Below are positions 27,711 to 37,710 of a DNA stretch of 37,710 nt, one piece after another; the stretch's first letter is position 1; each line of letters starts with the position of its first letter. The position numbers were made by a program, and so were the translations under genes. Under the pieces are notes generated by a model. It was given only the letters and a program-made list of their open reading frames with translations. It did no database searches and was not told the DNA's origin. This stretch comes from Thiobacillus sp. GTDB lineage: Bacteria; Pseudomonadota; Gammaproteobacteria; Burkholderiales; Thiobacillaceae. The stretch is taken from contig JBGSZD010000041.1 in the NCBI GenBank assembly GCA_041750575.1, positions 1-37,710 of the forward strand. Reading direction: 5' to 3'.

Positions 27711-28153
27711 AAAACCAAACTTCATCCCTTCCGGTTTCCTCGCGCCGCAGTCAGCAGGGGGTGACCCTGCTGGAAGTTCTGATCTCGATCGTCGTGCTGG
27801 CGATCGGTCTGCTCGGTTATGCCGGGCTGCAAACGGTTTCCCTCAAAAACAACCTCAGCGCCTATCACCGCAGCCAGGCCACCATGCTGGCCTACGACGT
27901 GATCGACCGCATCCGCGCCAATCGCCCGAACTGTGAGAGTTATGAACTGGATTTTGGCGCGGTACCCGTCTTTGGCGACCTCGCCAACTGGAAGGCGGGC
28001 GTGGTTGATGCCTTGCCAGACGCGGATGCGGAAATCCAGTTTGACCCCGCCGAATGCGCTGCGGGGACTTCTACCGTTGCGAAAGTCACCTTGCGCTGGG
28101 ACGACAACCGCGATGGCGACGCCTTCGAATTTGTGACGGAGACCGCATTGTGA
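27707..28153 (+). CDS. pilV: Type IV pilus modification protein PilV
   Basis: G/VTLLEVLISIVVLAIGLLGYAGLQ; RSQATMLAYDVIDRIRAN. Confidence 0.93.
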   Translation: MKNQTSSLPVSSRRSQQGVTLLEVLISIVVLAIGLLGYAGLQTVSLKNNLSAYHRSQATMLAYDVIDRIRANRPNCESYELDFGAVPVFGDLANWKAGVVDALPDADAEIQFDPAECAAGTSTVAKVTLRWDDNRDGDAFEFVTETAL

Positions 28154-29100
28154 AGCGCCATACGATCAACTCACGCAGAACCCAGTACGGTCTGTCTCTG
28201 GTCGAGCTCATGATCTCCCTGCTGCTGGGCGGCCTGGTCATCGCTGCTGTCGGCGCGGTCTACCTGGGCAGCCGCCAGTCCTTCCAGACGCAGGACGCCA
28301 TGGCCCGCATGCAGGAAGGTGCGCGCTATGCGTTCGAGACCATGGGGGTCGACTTGCGCCAGGCCGGCTTCGGTTGTTATCAGGCTCCGGGCGCTGCGCC
28401 CGATGCGACCTGGTACAAGAACGTATTCAAGGAACCCCTGCGTGGATACAAGGACGGGGCAGGCCTTCCTGCTGACATCACCGGTGAAATCGCGGATACC
28501 GATGCCCTGATGGTGCTGCGTGCGGACAAAAGCCGCGGAGTGCTGATCACCGCCGCAGGGACTGCGGCGGCCGACGTGCCGTTCGAGGTTGGTGGCTTGG
28601 CGGTGGTGACCGATTATTCCGATGCCAGCCAGTATGAGGCGACGGCCGCGGCCGGGGCGACCTATACGCTTGGGGCTGCCGAAGCCTGCAAAACCGGGTT
28701 GGCCGATGGCGCCAACAATTATCTGCTGCCGGTGGCCGGGCATCTGTATTTCATCCGCGATAACGCGGCGGGCCAGCCCAGCCTTTACCGTGAAACGCTA
28801 TTGGCAGACGGCACGGCCGAAGCCCAGGAGCTGGTTGAAGGCGTGGAAGACATGGTGATCAGTTACGGCGAGGACACGAGCAACACCGTGGCTTATTGTC
28901 CTGAAGATGCCACGCGCTGCTCCGCCGATGTGTATGTCGATGCCGATGCCGTCACCAACTGGAATCGCGTGGTCAGCGTGCGCATCGAACTGACCATGCG
29001 CACCGTCACGGACAACCTCGCGACCGAAGTGGGCGCCGAAGGCGACCGGCGGATTCGCAAAACCTTCACCTCTACCATTGCCGTGAGGAATCGGCTATGA
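28150..29100 (+). CDS. pilW: Type IV minor pilin PilW; GTG start overlapping the pilV stop
   Basis: G/LSLVELMISL; QEGARYA; LRQAGF; ELVEGVEDM..YG; WNRVVSVRI; VRNR. Confidence 0.92.
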   Translation: MKRHTINSRRTQYGLSLVELMISLLLGGLVIAAVGAVYLGSRQSFQTQDAMARMQEGARYAFETMGVDLRQAGFGCYQAPGAAPDATWYKNVFKEPLRGYKDGAGLPADITGEIADTDALMVLRADKSRGVLITAAGTAAADVPFEVGGLAVVTDYSDASQYEATAAAGATYTLGAAEACKTGLADGANNYLLPVAGHLYFIRDNAAGQPSLYRETLLADGTAEAQELVEGVEDMVISYGEDTSNTVAYCPEDATRCSADVYVDADAVTNWNRVVSVRIELTMRTVTDNLATEVGAEGDRRIRKTFTSTIAVRNRL

Positions 29101-29618
29101 AGCCCGTTGCCATGAATTCAACGCAGAAACAGCGCGGGGTCACCCTGATCGTGGCGCTGATCTTTCTGGCGATTCTCACCTTGCTGGGGATCACTGTCGC
29201 CCGCACCACCAGCATGGAAGAGCGCATGGCCGGCAATACGCGCGACCGCGATCTGGCGTTTCAGTCCGCTGAAGCCGCGCTCCGGGACGCCAGTAACGAC
29301 TTGCCCGGTTTTTTAGATCCCCTGGATCCTGATCCTTTTGACGGCACGACGGCGGGCCTGATAGATGGAACCGGTGCGGCCCATGCAAACGACCAGGCTT
29401 ATTGGAATGGGTATGACTGGGAGGGCAGCTCCCAGGAAGCCACGGTTGATTTTGAACTCGTTGCCAGCCCCCCACGCTATGTCATCGAAAAGCGGCCCAA
29501 TACGGGCCCGATCGCTACGCCGACGGAGCATTGGCGCATTACGGCACGCGGGGTGGGCGGCTCCACTAACACCGTTGTAATTTTGCAGGCCGGTTTCGAG
29601 AGACCGCCTGCTCCCTGA
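29097..29618 (+). CDS. pilX: Type IV minor pilin PilX
   Basis: G/VTLIVALIFL (no Glu5, typical of PilX); ERMAGN..AFQSAEAAL; WRITARGVG. Confidence 0.92.
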   Translation: MKPVAMNSTQKQRGVTLIVALIFLAILTLLGITVARTTSMEERMAGNTRDRDLAFQSAEAALRDASNDLPGFLDPLDPDPFDGTTAGLIDGTGAAHANDQAYWNGYDWEGSSQEATVDFELVASPPRYVIEKRPNTGPIATPTEHWRITARGVGGSTNTVVILQAGFERPPAP

Positions 29619-29626
29619 ACATTTAG

Positions 29627-29642
29627 TACGACTTAAGTAGGA
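29627..29642. promoter_or_regulatory. Putative palindromic regulator site TACGACTTAAGTAGGA between pilX and pilY1
   Basis: Second copy (13/16 identical) of the dyad at 26405-26420, in a short AT-rich gap just upstream of the pilY1 RBS. Confidence 0.45.
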
Positions 29643-29661
29643 ATGAGAAAGGATGTGCCCC

Positions 29662-32600
29662 ATGAACCTCTATCCCCGCATTCGCAAGGCCGTTACCTGG
29701 TTGTTGCTGGGCAGCAGCGTTGGTTTGATGGTTGAACCGGCCGGCGCCGCACTCAGCATTTCCGAAACGCCGCTCTTCCTCACGGTTTCGGTTGCGCCCA
29801 ACGTGATCGTCACCCTGGACGACTCGGGCAGTATGGCGCGGGCCTACGCCCCGGATCTGTGCGGGGGGTCAGGTTATGTATGCGCCACGCTGACCAACCG
29901 CTGGACCAAATCCAGTCGCGGCAACGCCATGTATTACAACCCCAATATCACCTACCCGCCGCCGCTCAAGGAGGATGGCACGCCGCTTTCGACTTCGTTT
30001 ACCGCGGCCTATGTCAACGGCTTCGATCCCGCCTGGGGAACGCCGGTCAATCTGGGTTCGGACTACCGACCCACGGCGATGCTGTATTTCCCCAGCGCCG
30101 GAGGACGTAATCATCAATACATGAGCCACTACACGGCGACCACCGACCTGACGAAGCCTACAGCGACGGGTTCGCACACGGATACCGGGATGATGGTGGG
30201 CGTGAACGACGGCGGAAGCACCGCACCTCGATTTGCGATCACTGATTTCGTGAACGCTGATGGCTCTGCATCGGGAGAGGATCCGGGAACCAATCTGATC
30301 AGTGTGACGGTGAACGGCACCGCAGCGACTGATGTGGGGACCTTCGACCTGCCGTGCACTAACGGCAATGACCCCGGCAGTAATGATCAGTACAAGACCA
30401 ATATTTCAGGCACAACTCTGACGCTGTGTTTCCGCGACAGGGACGCGATGTACGGCAAGACGGTTGTGGTTACACACAAAGTTTCCGGTGCAGGTACGGC
30501 TCCTGTCACTGCCACAGACCCCACCACTGCTTATTATTATGTTTTCGATTCAAGCAATAGCGGCTGCGATGGTACCGATCAGGATAACGACTGTTACGAT
30601 GTCAAGATTGTGGGCAGCGCATCGGGTCCGAGTGGGACGGACGAACGCCAGAATTTTGCCAATTGGTATTCGTTCTATCGCACCCGCAATCTGGCGACCA
30701 TGGCCGCAGCCTCGCGCGCGTTCGTGGATTTCGATCCCTCGACCCGGCTTGCGTGGCAGGCACTTAATAGTTGCCGGGGTTCGGCGTCCAGTTTGGTGAC
30801 TACCGATTGCGAAGGCTGGGAAACCACATCGACCAACTTCAGCAATGCCATCAAGCCCTTTACCGGCACGCACAGGCAGAATTTCTACAAGTGGTTGTTC
30901 CGCCAGAAAACCAATAACTCCACGCCCTTGAAGGCAGCGACGCTTCGCGCCGGCGCGTATTTCTCGACGACTGGCGAGAACTCTCCCTACGACGACGACC
31001 TGACTGCTGCCGGATCCGTGAGCGGGTCGAGCGGGCAATTGTCCTGCCGCAAGAACTTCCACATTTTGATGACGGATGGCGTGTGGAATGAGAGCACGAC
31101 TGTCCCTTCTCCGATCGATAAAGCAGACAACAGCCTTGCAGCACCCTACAAAGGTGCCACATCGAGTACTTTGGCGGACATTGCCTACTACTACTGGGCC
31201 ACCGATCTGACGACGCTGACCAATAATTTGACGCGCTTCATGCCAGCAAAAGAAAAGACCGACGCGCTGGCTTACGCCAATCCACGCAACGACCCCGCGA
31301 CGCACCAGCATATGGTCAATTACACGGTTGGCCTGGGTTTGGGCTCGTTCCTGATCGAGTCAGGGTTGACCTGGGGAGGCGATACCTATTCGGGTAGTTT
31401 TATCGCGATCAACGGGGGAACGCCTTGGCCAGTCCCCAGCAACAACAGTGAAAACAACGTGTCCGATCTGTGGCACGCGGCGATCAACAGCCGTGGGCGC
31501 TTCTACAGCGCGGACGATCCGAAAAGCCTGATCGAGGCCTTTGCCAGTATTGGAAGCGCGATCAGGGATGCCGAGCCGTCCGCGGCGGCGCTGGCCGCCA
31601 ACTCGACCAGCATCGAGGGCGACGCCTATGTGTATCAGGCGATCTTTTCCAGCAGTGACTGGAGCGGCGATCTCAAAGCCTTCCCCGTCAGCGATAAAGG
31701 CGTTGTGAGCGAAACGCCAACCTGGACCGCGTCCGGGAAAATGCCAGCCGCAGCTTCGAGAAACATCTACACCATTAATGGATCCAGCGGGGTGGACTTC
31801 AACTGGGGCGAGCTCTCGGTGGCGAAGCAAACCGCCCTCAATACCAATGCCTCGGGAACGGTAGACAGCTTAGGAGAAGACAGGCTCAACTGGCTGCGCG
31901 GCGTGCAGACGAAGGAAGAGTCGAAATCTGGCGGCGTTTTCCGCAACCGCGCGACCATTCTGGGCGACATCATCAACTCGGATCCGGCGTACGCGTACCA
32001 GGAAGATTTCGGTTACGCCACGATGAAAGGCACGACGGCAGCGGAAGCGGAAGCAAGTCTTTACGCAGCCTATGTGTCCGGCAAGAGTTTGCGGACCGCC
32101 GCAGTGTTCGTCGGCGGCAATGACGGGATGCTGCATGCCTTCAGGGCTGATACGAGCACCGATGCGGGCACGGAGCTCTTCGCTTTCGTGCCGAATGCGG
32201 CCTACGCGACTCTCAGCAAGCTGACCGATCCGGCGTATTCGCACAAGTACTTTGTCGATGCCGGCCCGACTCTGGGCGATGCCTATTTCGACGGCGGTTG
32301 GAAAACCATGCTGGTCGGCGGACTGGGCGGTGGCGGTCAATCTGTTTACGCGCTGGATGTCAGCAATGTCGCCAGCCCGTCGGCCAGCATGGTGAAATGG
32401 GAATACACCGATACCGATCTGGGCCTTACATACAGCAAGCCGCAGATCGTGCGCCTGAATAATGGCGCTTGGGCAGCCGTGTTCGGTAACGGATTCAATA
32501 GCACAACCGACAAGGCTTTCCTCTACATCGTCGATATCGGGACAGGAACGTTGATCAAGAAGATTCCCGTGGGGCCCTCGATCAGCGCCAATGGATTGTC

Positions 32601-33507
32601 GACGCCCGTACTCTACGATGCAAACGAAGACAAGATCATGGACCTCGCCTATGTGGGCGATTTGCAGGGAAATCTCTGGAAAATCGACCTCGGCAGCGAC
32701 GATGAGGATGACTGGGCCGTTGCCTACTCGGGCGTACCGCTGTTCACCGCGCGCAACGCGAGCGGAGAGGTGCAGCCGATTCATTCCCAGCCCGTCCTGG
32801 GGTCGGAGCCGACTCCTTCGGCTCCGACCGGGGTGATGGTGTACTTCGGTACGGGCCAATATCTGGAGGGCGACGATGTGTCGGACAAGACCGTCCAATC
32901 CTTCTACGGGATATGGGATTCGGGCTCGGCCATCGCCACAACGGATCGCAGCGCTTTGCAGCAGCAAACCATCAGTGCCACGACCAAGGAGTTTGGCAGG
33001 GAGGTGCGGGAAACGTCGGCGAATACGGTGGACTGGACCTCGAAGCGTGGCTGGTACATGGATTTCGATGTGACAGATTCTGCCGGCGAGCGAGTCGTGA
33101 CACAGGCGCTGTTGCGCTACGACCGTGTCATTTTTCTGACGCTGATTCCGTCTACGGAGGTCTGCAATCCCGATGGCGAAAGCTGGTTGATGGAACTGGA
33201 CGCCTTGACCGGATCGCGCACGGCGGTATCAAGCTTCGACTTTTCGGGTGACCCCAGTGGCGGGTTTGACGGCTCATTCGATAGCGCGGACCTGCTGGCG
33301 AGCGGCGCAACCGCCAGCGGCATCAAGACCACGGTGGGGATTACCAAAACCCCGGCCTGGTTCACCGGGGACTCAGGCAAGGATTACAAGGTGCTGACAG
33401 GTACCACGGGCGGTATCGAGTCGGTCGGCAACAAAGGTGGCGGTAGTCCTCCTCCGCCGGGTGGCGTTGGAACATTACGCCGTACTTACTGGCTGCAGAT
33501 CCAGTGA
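29662..33507 (+). CDS. pilY1: Type IV pilus tip adhesin PilY1/PilC; alternative ATG at 29653
   Basis: Signal peptide; vWA MIDAS motif DDSGSM and LMTDG; [12 protein letters not shown]; LGDIINS; [10 protein letters not shown]; Ca-loop-like DANEDKIMD; GDLQGNLWK; AAAGGA RBS. Confidence 0.95.
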   Translation: MNLYPRIRKAVTWLLLGSSVGLMVEPAGAALSISETPLFLTVSVAPNVIVTLDDSGSMARAYAPDLCGGSGYVCATLTNRWTKSSRGNAMYYNPNITYPPPLKEDGTPLSTSFTAAYVNGFDPAWGTPVNLGSDYRPTAMLYFPSAGGRNHQYMSHYTATTDLTKPTATGSHTDTGMMVGVNDGGSTAPRFAITDFVNADGSASGEDPGTNLISVTVNGTAATDVGTFDLPCTNGNDPGSNDQYKTNISGTTLTLCFRDRDAMYGKTVVVTHKVSGAGTAPVTATDPTTAYYYVFDSSNSGCDGTDQDNDCYDVKIVGSASGPSGTDERQNFANWYSFYRTRNLATMAAASRAFVDFDPSTRLAWQALNSCRGSASSLVTTDCEGWETTSTNFSNAIKPFTGTHRQNFYKWLFRQKTNNSTPLKAATLRAGAYFSTTGENSPYDDDLTAAGSVSGSSGQLSCRKNFHILMTDGVWNESTTVPSPIDKADNSLAAPYKGATSSTLADIAYYYWATDLTTLTNNLTRFMPAKEKTDALAYANPRNDPATHQHMVNYTVGLGLGSFLIESGLTWGGDTYSGSFIAINGGTPWPVPSNNSENNVSDLWHAAINSRGRFYSADDPKSLIEAFASIGSAIRDAEPSAAALAANSTSIEGDAYVYQAIFSSSDWSGDLKAFPVSDKGVVSETPTWTASGKMPAAASRNIYTINGSSGVDFNWGELSVAKQTALNTNASGTVDSLGEDRLNWLRGVQTKEESKSGGVFRNRATILGDIINSDPAYAYQEDFGYATMKGTTAAEAEASLYAAYVSGKSLRTAAVFVGGNDGMLHAFRADTSTDAGTELFAFVPNAAYATLSKLTDPAYSHKYFVDAGPTLGDAYFDGGWKTMLVGGLGGGGQSVYALDVSNVASPSASMVKWEYTDTDLGLTYSKPQIVRLNNGAWAAVFGNGFNSTTDKAFLYIVDIGTGTLIKKIPVGPSISANGLSTPVLYDANEDKIMDLAYVGDLQGNLWKIDLGSDDEDDWAVAYSGVPLFTARNASGEVQPIHSQPVLGSEPTPSAPTGVMVYFGTGQYLEGDDVSDKTVQSFYGIWDSGSAIATTDRSALQQQTISATTKEFGREVRETSANTVDWTSKRGWYMDFDVTDSAGERVVTQALLRYDRVIFLTLIPSTEVCNPDGESWLMELDALTGSRTAVSSFDFSGDPSGGFDGSFDSADLLASGATASGIKTTVGITKTPAWFTGDSGKDYKVLTGTTGGIESVGNKGGGSPPPPGGVGTLRRTYWLQIQ

Positions 33508-33527
33508 ACCGGGAAGAGGGGAAATCC

Positions 33528-33932
33528 ATGAACGCACTCAGACGGCATAAGGGGTTCACGCTCATCGAATTGATGATCGTGGTGACCATTATCGGGATAC
33601 TGGCGGCGATTGTTTATCCTTCTTACCAGAAGTATGTGAAGCGTGCGAACCGGGTGGATGCACAGGCCGTCATGCTGGAAAACGTGCAATTCATGGAACG
33701 CTACTTCACCAGCAATACGACCTACGAAGATGCGGCTCTACCCAAAACGGTGTCCGGCTCGGGCAAGTACACGATTTCATTTAGTGTCGATCCGACCGCT
33801 ACGGCTTTTACCATTCGGGCGGTGCCGGTGGATGGGTATACCGATGCGGAATGCGGCACCATGACCATCAGTCAAACGGGAGCTAAAACCGAGTCGGGGA
33901 CAGGCAGCCTGTCCGACTGCTGGAAGAGTTGA
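33528..33932 (+). CDS. pilE: Type IV minor pilin PilE
   Basis: [16 protein letters not shown]; MERYF; C-terminal CGTM...CW disulfide loop; GAGGGG RBS. Confidence 0.93.
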   Translation: MNALRRHKGFTLIELMIVVTIIGILAAIVYPSYQKYVKRANRVDAQAVMLENVQFMERYFTSNTTYEDAALPKTVSGSGKYTISFSVDPTATAFTIRAVPVDGYTDAECGTMTISQTGAKTESGTGSLSDCWKS

Positions 33933-33951
33933 TTCGCTGAACAGGCGCGTT

Positions 33952-34881
33952 CTAGCTGCCCAGACCCTTGGGCAACGGGAATGCGACGTTCTCGATCACG
34001 CCCTCGTATTCCTGGATGGATTCGGCCCCCAGGTCTTTCAGCCGGTCGATCACCGCCTGCACCAGCACATCGGGTGCCGAGGCTCCGGCCGTGATGCCGA
34101 TCCGAGCCTTGTCGGCAATCCAGCTTGCGCGGATTTCTTCCGCGCTATCGACCATATAGGCCTGTACGCCAAGGTTTTCAGCAACTTCGCGTAGCCGGTT
34201 CGAATTGGAACTGGTCGGCGACCCCACCACGATCACGACATCACATTGTGGCGCCAGCGCCTTGACCGCATCCTGGCGGTTTTGCGTGGCGTAACAGATA
34301 TCGTCTTTTTTTGGTCCGATGATGTTGGGGAAGCGTGCGCGCAGGGCCTCGACCACGCGCGCGGCATCGTCGACCGACAGCGTGGTCTGGGTGACGTAGG
34401 CCAGCTTGTTGGGATCACTGACCTCTAGCGTGGCGACGTCTTCCGGTGTCTCAACTAGGTGCATGCCGCTGTTCGACTGCCCCAGTGTGCCCTCGACTTC
34501 GGGGTGGCCTTTGTGGCCGATCATCACGATCTCGTAGCCCTTGTCGTGCATCTTGCTGACTTCGACGTGCACCTTGGTGACGAGCGGGCAGGTGGCATCG
34601 AATACGTTCAGTCCGCGCGCTTCGGCTTCGGCACGCACGGCTTGCGACACGCCGTGCGCGCTGAAGATGACGGTGGCGCCGGTGGGCACTTCGGCGAGTT
34701 CTTCGACGAAGATTGCACCTTTGGATTTGAGGTCGTTGACGACGAAAGTGTTGTGGACGACTTCATGCCGCACGTAAATCGGCGCGCCGAATTTTTCCAG
34801 TGCGCGCTCGACGATGGCGATGGCGCGATCAACCCCGGCGCAAAAGCCGCGCGGGTTGGCGAGAAGAATGGTGGGCATCAT
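33952..34881 (-). CDS. ispH: 4-hydroxy-3-methylbut-2-enyl diphosphate reductase
   Basis: [31 protein letters not shown] and TAGASAP motifs. Confidence 0.98.
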   Translation of the reverse strand: MMPTILLANPRGFCAGVDRAIAIVERALEKFGAPIYVRHEVVHNTFVVNDLKSKGAIFVEELAEVPTGATVIFSAHGVSQAVRAEAEARGLNVFDATCPLVTKVHVEVSKMHDKGYEIVMIGHKGHPEVEGTLGQSNSGMHLVETPEDVATLEVSDPNKLAYVTQTTLSVDDAARVVEALRARFPNIIGPKKDDICYATQNRQDAVKALAPQCDVVIVVGSPTSSNSNRLREVAENLGVQAYMVDSAEEIRASWIADKARIGITAGASAPDVLVQAVIDRLKDLGAESIQEYEGVIENVAFPLPKGLGS

Positions 34882-34894
34882 GGGCGGTACCGTG

Positions 34895-35335
34895 TCACAG
34901 AATGCGGACGATTTCCACTTCGAACTCGATGGACAAATCCGCGAGCGGATGGTTGAAGTCGACCTTCACTGCATCGACGCCGATTTCGAGAATGCGGCCG
35001 GCCACGGTCTGGCCGCTGGGCATGGCGAATTCGACCAGTTGATCGACCTCGAATGTCATGTCGTTGGGCATATCGGTTTTGGGCAGCGTCTGGATCAGTT
35101 CGGCCTGGCTCGCGCCGAAGGCCTGCCAGGCGTCGAGCAGGAATACATGGCGTTCGCCGGGAGTGAGGTCGATCAACCATTGTTCGAGCATCGGCGCCAG
35201 AGTGCCGTCGCCGAGCGTAATGGTTTCGGGTTCGGCGTCGTCGAAGGTGGAAATGATGTCGTCGCCGCCGCGCGGGCGCAGTGCATAGCGAAGCTGGAGC
35301 GTGTCGCCCGCGGCAACGGTGCGCACAACGTTCAT
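34895..35335 (-). CDS. fkpB: FKBP-type peptidyl-prolyl isomerase (SlpA/FkpB); true start ATG at 35335
   Basis: VDFNHPLA motif; position between lspA and ispH; ATGA overlap with the lspA stop. Confidence 0.9.
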   Translation of the reverse strand: MNVVRTVAAGDTLQLRYALRPRGGDDIISTFDDAEPETITLGDGTLAPMLEQWLIDLTPGERHVFLLDAWQAFGASQAELIQTLPKTDMPNDMTFEVDQLVEFAMPSGQTVAGRILEIGVDAVKVDFNHPLADLSIEFEVEIVRIL

Positions 35336-35832
35336 GCAGCCCCCTTCGGCGCGGCGGATTGGCCGCGCAGGCTGTCCCAGATCAGCAGGGCGGCGCCGAC
35401 GCTGATGGCAGAATCGGCGACATTGAACGCCGGGAAACTGAACTGCTGGTAGTGGAAATACAGGAAGTCCACCACGTGGCCCAGCACCACGCGGTCGATG
35501 ACGTTGCCGAGCGCGCCGCCGAGAACCAGTGCTAGCGCAAAAGCCAGCCGTGGCTCGTGGGCATGGCGTTTGAGCAGGCGCACGCTGATGACCGTGGCGA
35601 TGACGCCGACCGCGATGAAGAACCAGCGCTGCCAGCCACCGGCGTCGGCCAGAAAGCTGAATGCCGCGCCGGTGTTGTGCACCCGCACCAGCGAGAAGAA
35701 CGGCAACACCGGCACGGCTTCCTGGAAATCGAGGGTGGAGGAAATCCACCATTTGGTCAGGTGGTCGGCCACGATCACGGCGAAGGCGAGGCCCAGCCAT
35801 TTGAGCAGGGTCGGGGTCAGTGGTTTAAGCAT
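35332..35832 (-). CDS. lspA: Lipoprotein signal peptidase II
   Basis: [23 protein letters not shown] and FNVADSAI motifs; follows ileS. Confidence 0.97.
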   Translation of the reverse strand: MLKPLTPTLLKWLGLAFAVIVADHLTKWWISSTLDFQEAVPVLPFFSLVRVHNTGAAFSFLADAGGWQRWFFIAVGVIATVISVRLLKRHAHEPRLAFALALVLGGALGNVIDRVVLGHVVDFLYFHYQQFSFPAFNVADSAISVGAALLIWDSLRGQSAAPKGAA

Positions 35833-37710
35833 GGCTGCGTATCTCGCCAGCGCCATAGAGATTGCTCACGCAACGTCCACACAGGCCGGGATGGTCGGCG
35901 TGCGTATCGACGTCGTCACGGTAATGCCAGCAGCGCTCGCATTTCTTTGCGATGCTCGGCGTGACGTCGATCCGGTCGACATCGGCAGCAACCACGCGTG
36001 CTTGCGAAGTGATCAGCACAAAGCGCAGGTCGTCGCCCAGCGGCGCCAGCAGAGCCTGGGTATCGGGACTGGCGTGCAGCGTGACGTCAGCCTGCAGCGA
36101 CGAGCCGATGCCGCCGGCGACGCGCACGGTCTCCAGTTCTTTCTGCACCTCGGCGCGGATGGCACGGATGCGTGTCCAGCGGTCGAGCAGATTGGCCTCG
36201 TCGGATTGCGCAGGCAGTTCGTGCCAGGTATGCAGGAACACTGAATCCTCGCCCGCCAGCTGCATCCACACCTCTTCGCCAGTAAACGACAGAATCGGCG
36301 CCATCCAGCGCACTAGCGCCTGCGTGATGTGGAACAGTGCGTTCTGCGCGGCACGCCGGGCGAGACCGTCGGCGGCGCTGGTGTAGAGCCGGTCTTTCAG
36401 AATGTCGAGGTAGAAGCCGCCAAGGTCTTCGGAGCAGAAACCTTGCAGCTTCTGCACGATGAAGTGGAATTCGTAGGCGTCGTAATGCGCCTGCAGTTCG
36501 CCCTGCAACTGGCGCGTCAGCGCCAGCGCGTAGCGGTCAATTTCCAGCCAGTCCTCGACCGGCAGCGCATGCGCCCGGGGGTCGAAGTCGGACAGGTTGG
36601 CGAGCAGGAATTTCAGCGTGTTGCGAATCCGGCGATAGCCTTCCACCACGCGCTTGAGAATTTCGTCCGAGATGGTGAGCTCGCCGGAATAGTCGGTGGT
36701 CGCCACCCACAGCCGCAGGATGTCGGCACCGTACTGGTCCATCACCTTTTGCGGCGCGATGACATTGCCTTTCGACTTGCTCATCTTGTGGCCCTTGCCA
36801 TCCACTACAAAGCCGTGGGTGAGCAAAGCCTTGTACGGCGCGTGGCCGTCGGTGGCGCAGCCGGTGAGCAGGGAAGACTGGAACCAGCCGCGATGCTGGT
36901 CCGAGCCTTCCAGATACAGGTCCGCAGGATGCGCGAGATCGGGCCGGCGTTTCAGCACACAAGCGTGGGTGACGCCGGAATCGAACCAGACGTCGAGCGT
37001 GTGGCCGGTCTTGTTGTAGTGCGCCGCATCCTCGCCCAGCAGTTCGGCCGGGTCGAGCGCGAACCACGCTTCGATGCCGGCCTGCTCAACGCGCTTGGCT
37101 ACGATTTCCAGCAGTTCCGCCGTGCTTGGATGCAGCTCGCCGGTTTCCTTGTGGGTGAAGAAGGGCATCGGCACGCCCCAATTGCGCTGGCGCGAGACGC
37201 ACCAGTCGGGGCGGTTTTTGATCATCGCCTCCAGCCGCGCGCGACCCCACGCCGGGAAGAATTGCGTGGCATCCACCGCTGCCATCGCCTGTTGGCGCAG
37301 CGACTTCTGCTCACTGCTTCCCGCTTCCTGCTCACCCACGTCCATCCCGATAAACCACTGCCGTGTCGCGCGGAAAATAATCGGCGTCTTGTGGCGCCAG
37401 CAGTGCGGGTAGCTGTGCAGCAGCTTTTCATGCGCCAGGAGATTGCCGCTGGCTTGCAGCGTTTCGACGATCAGCGGGTTGGCTTGCCAGATGCTCATGC
37501 CGCCGACCAGCGGCACGCTGGCATAGAAGCGGCCGTCGTCGCCCACCGGGTTGTCAACCTTGAGGCCATAGCGGCTGCCCACCACATAGTCGTCGAGGCC
37601 GTGGCCGGGGGCGGTGTGCACGGCACCGGTGCCGGCGTCGGCGGTGACGTGGTCGCCGACGATCACCGGCACTTGGCGCTCCTGGAACGGATGCCACAGC
37701 AGCACGCCTT
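35825..37710 (-). CDS. ileS: Isoleucyl-tRNA synthetase, 3' part (5' end outside window)
   Basis: [41 protein letters not shown] and C-terminal CERCW..CGRC zinc finger. Confidence 0.98.
   Translation of the reverse strand, partial: GVLLWHPFQERQVPVIVGDHVTADAGTGAVHTAPGHGLDDYVVGSRYGLKVDNPVGDDGRFYASVPLVGGMSIWQANPLIVETLQASGNLLAHEKLLHSYPHCWRHKTPIIFRATRQWFIGMDVGEQEAGSSEQKSLRQQAMAAVDATQFFPAWGRARLEAMIKNRPDWCVSRQRNWGVPMPFFTHKETGELHPSTAELLEIVAKRVEQAGIEAWFALDPAELLGEDAAHYNKTGHTLDVWFDSGVTHACVLKRRPDLAHPADLYLEGSDQHRGWFQSSLLTGCATDGHAPYKALLTHGFVVDGKGHKMSKSKGNVIAPQKVMDQYGADILRLWVATTDYSGELTISDEILKRVVEGYRRIRNTLKFLLANLSDFDPRAHALPVEDWLEIDRYALALTRQLQGELQAHYDAYEFHFIVQKLQGFCSEDLGGFYLDILKDRLYTSAADGLARRAAQNALFHITQALVRWMAPILSFTGEEVWMQLAGEDSVFLHTWHELPAQSDEANLLDRWTRIRAIRAEVQKELETVRVAGGIGSSLQADVTLHASPDTQALLAPLGDDLRFVLITSQARVVAADVDRIDVTPSIAKKCERCWHYRDDVDTHADHPGLCGRCVSNLYGAGEIRSHA

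Noticed and set aside
31870-32967. Long antisense ORFs (365 aa here; also 8568-9500, 20644-21609 and 21971-22969)
   Set aside because: They are shadows of well-supported genes caused by GC-rich codon bias and carry no recognisable motifs
35336-35800. Apparent N-terminal extension of the FKBP ORF
   Set aside because: It is an alternate frame of lspA; the ATGA overlap at 35332-35335 marks the real start

Overview
High-GC proteobacterial chromosome; gene order and composition suggest a betaproteobacterium such as Thiobacillus, which is inference. There are four blocks. (1) The murA 3' end and short-form hisG. (2) A roughly 22 kb plus-strand surface-glycan locus: O-antigen-ligase-family protein, wzx flippase, DUF268, four more SAM methyltransferases (one with a C-terminal Trm112-like Zn ribbon), an AsnB-type amidotransferase, six glycosyltransferases (including a GT10-like enzyme), fnlABC (UDP-L-FucNAc) and wbpV/L/M-like initiation genes. 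No wzy, wzz or wzm/wzt is recognisable, and the central part is a lower-GC cassette. (3) Minus-strand GT4, ELM1/GtrOC1-family and thiO-like genes. (4) The type IV minor pilin cluster fimT-fimU-pilVWXY1E, convergent with ileS-lspA-fkpB-ispH. I saw no RNA genes, CRISPR arrays or mobile elements. The best leads are the polymerase-less, methyltransferase-rich glycan locus next to the pilin genes, the MTase-Trm112 fusion, a near-palindromic 16-bp site shared upstream of fimT and pilY1, and AlgR/LytTR-like repeats at 21-bp spacing upstream of fimU. All calls come from motif recognition; no database searches were run.
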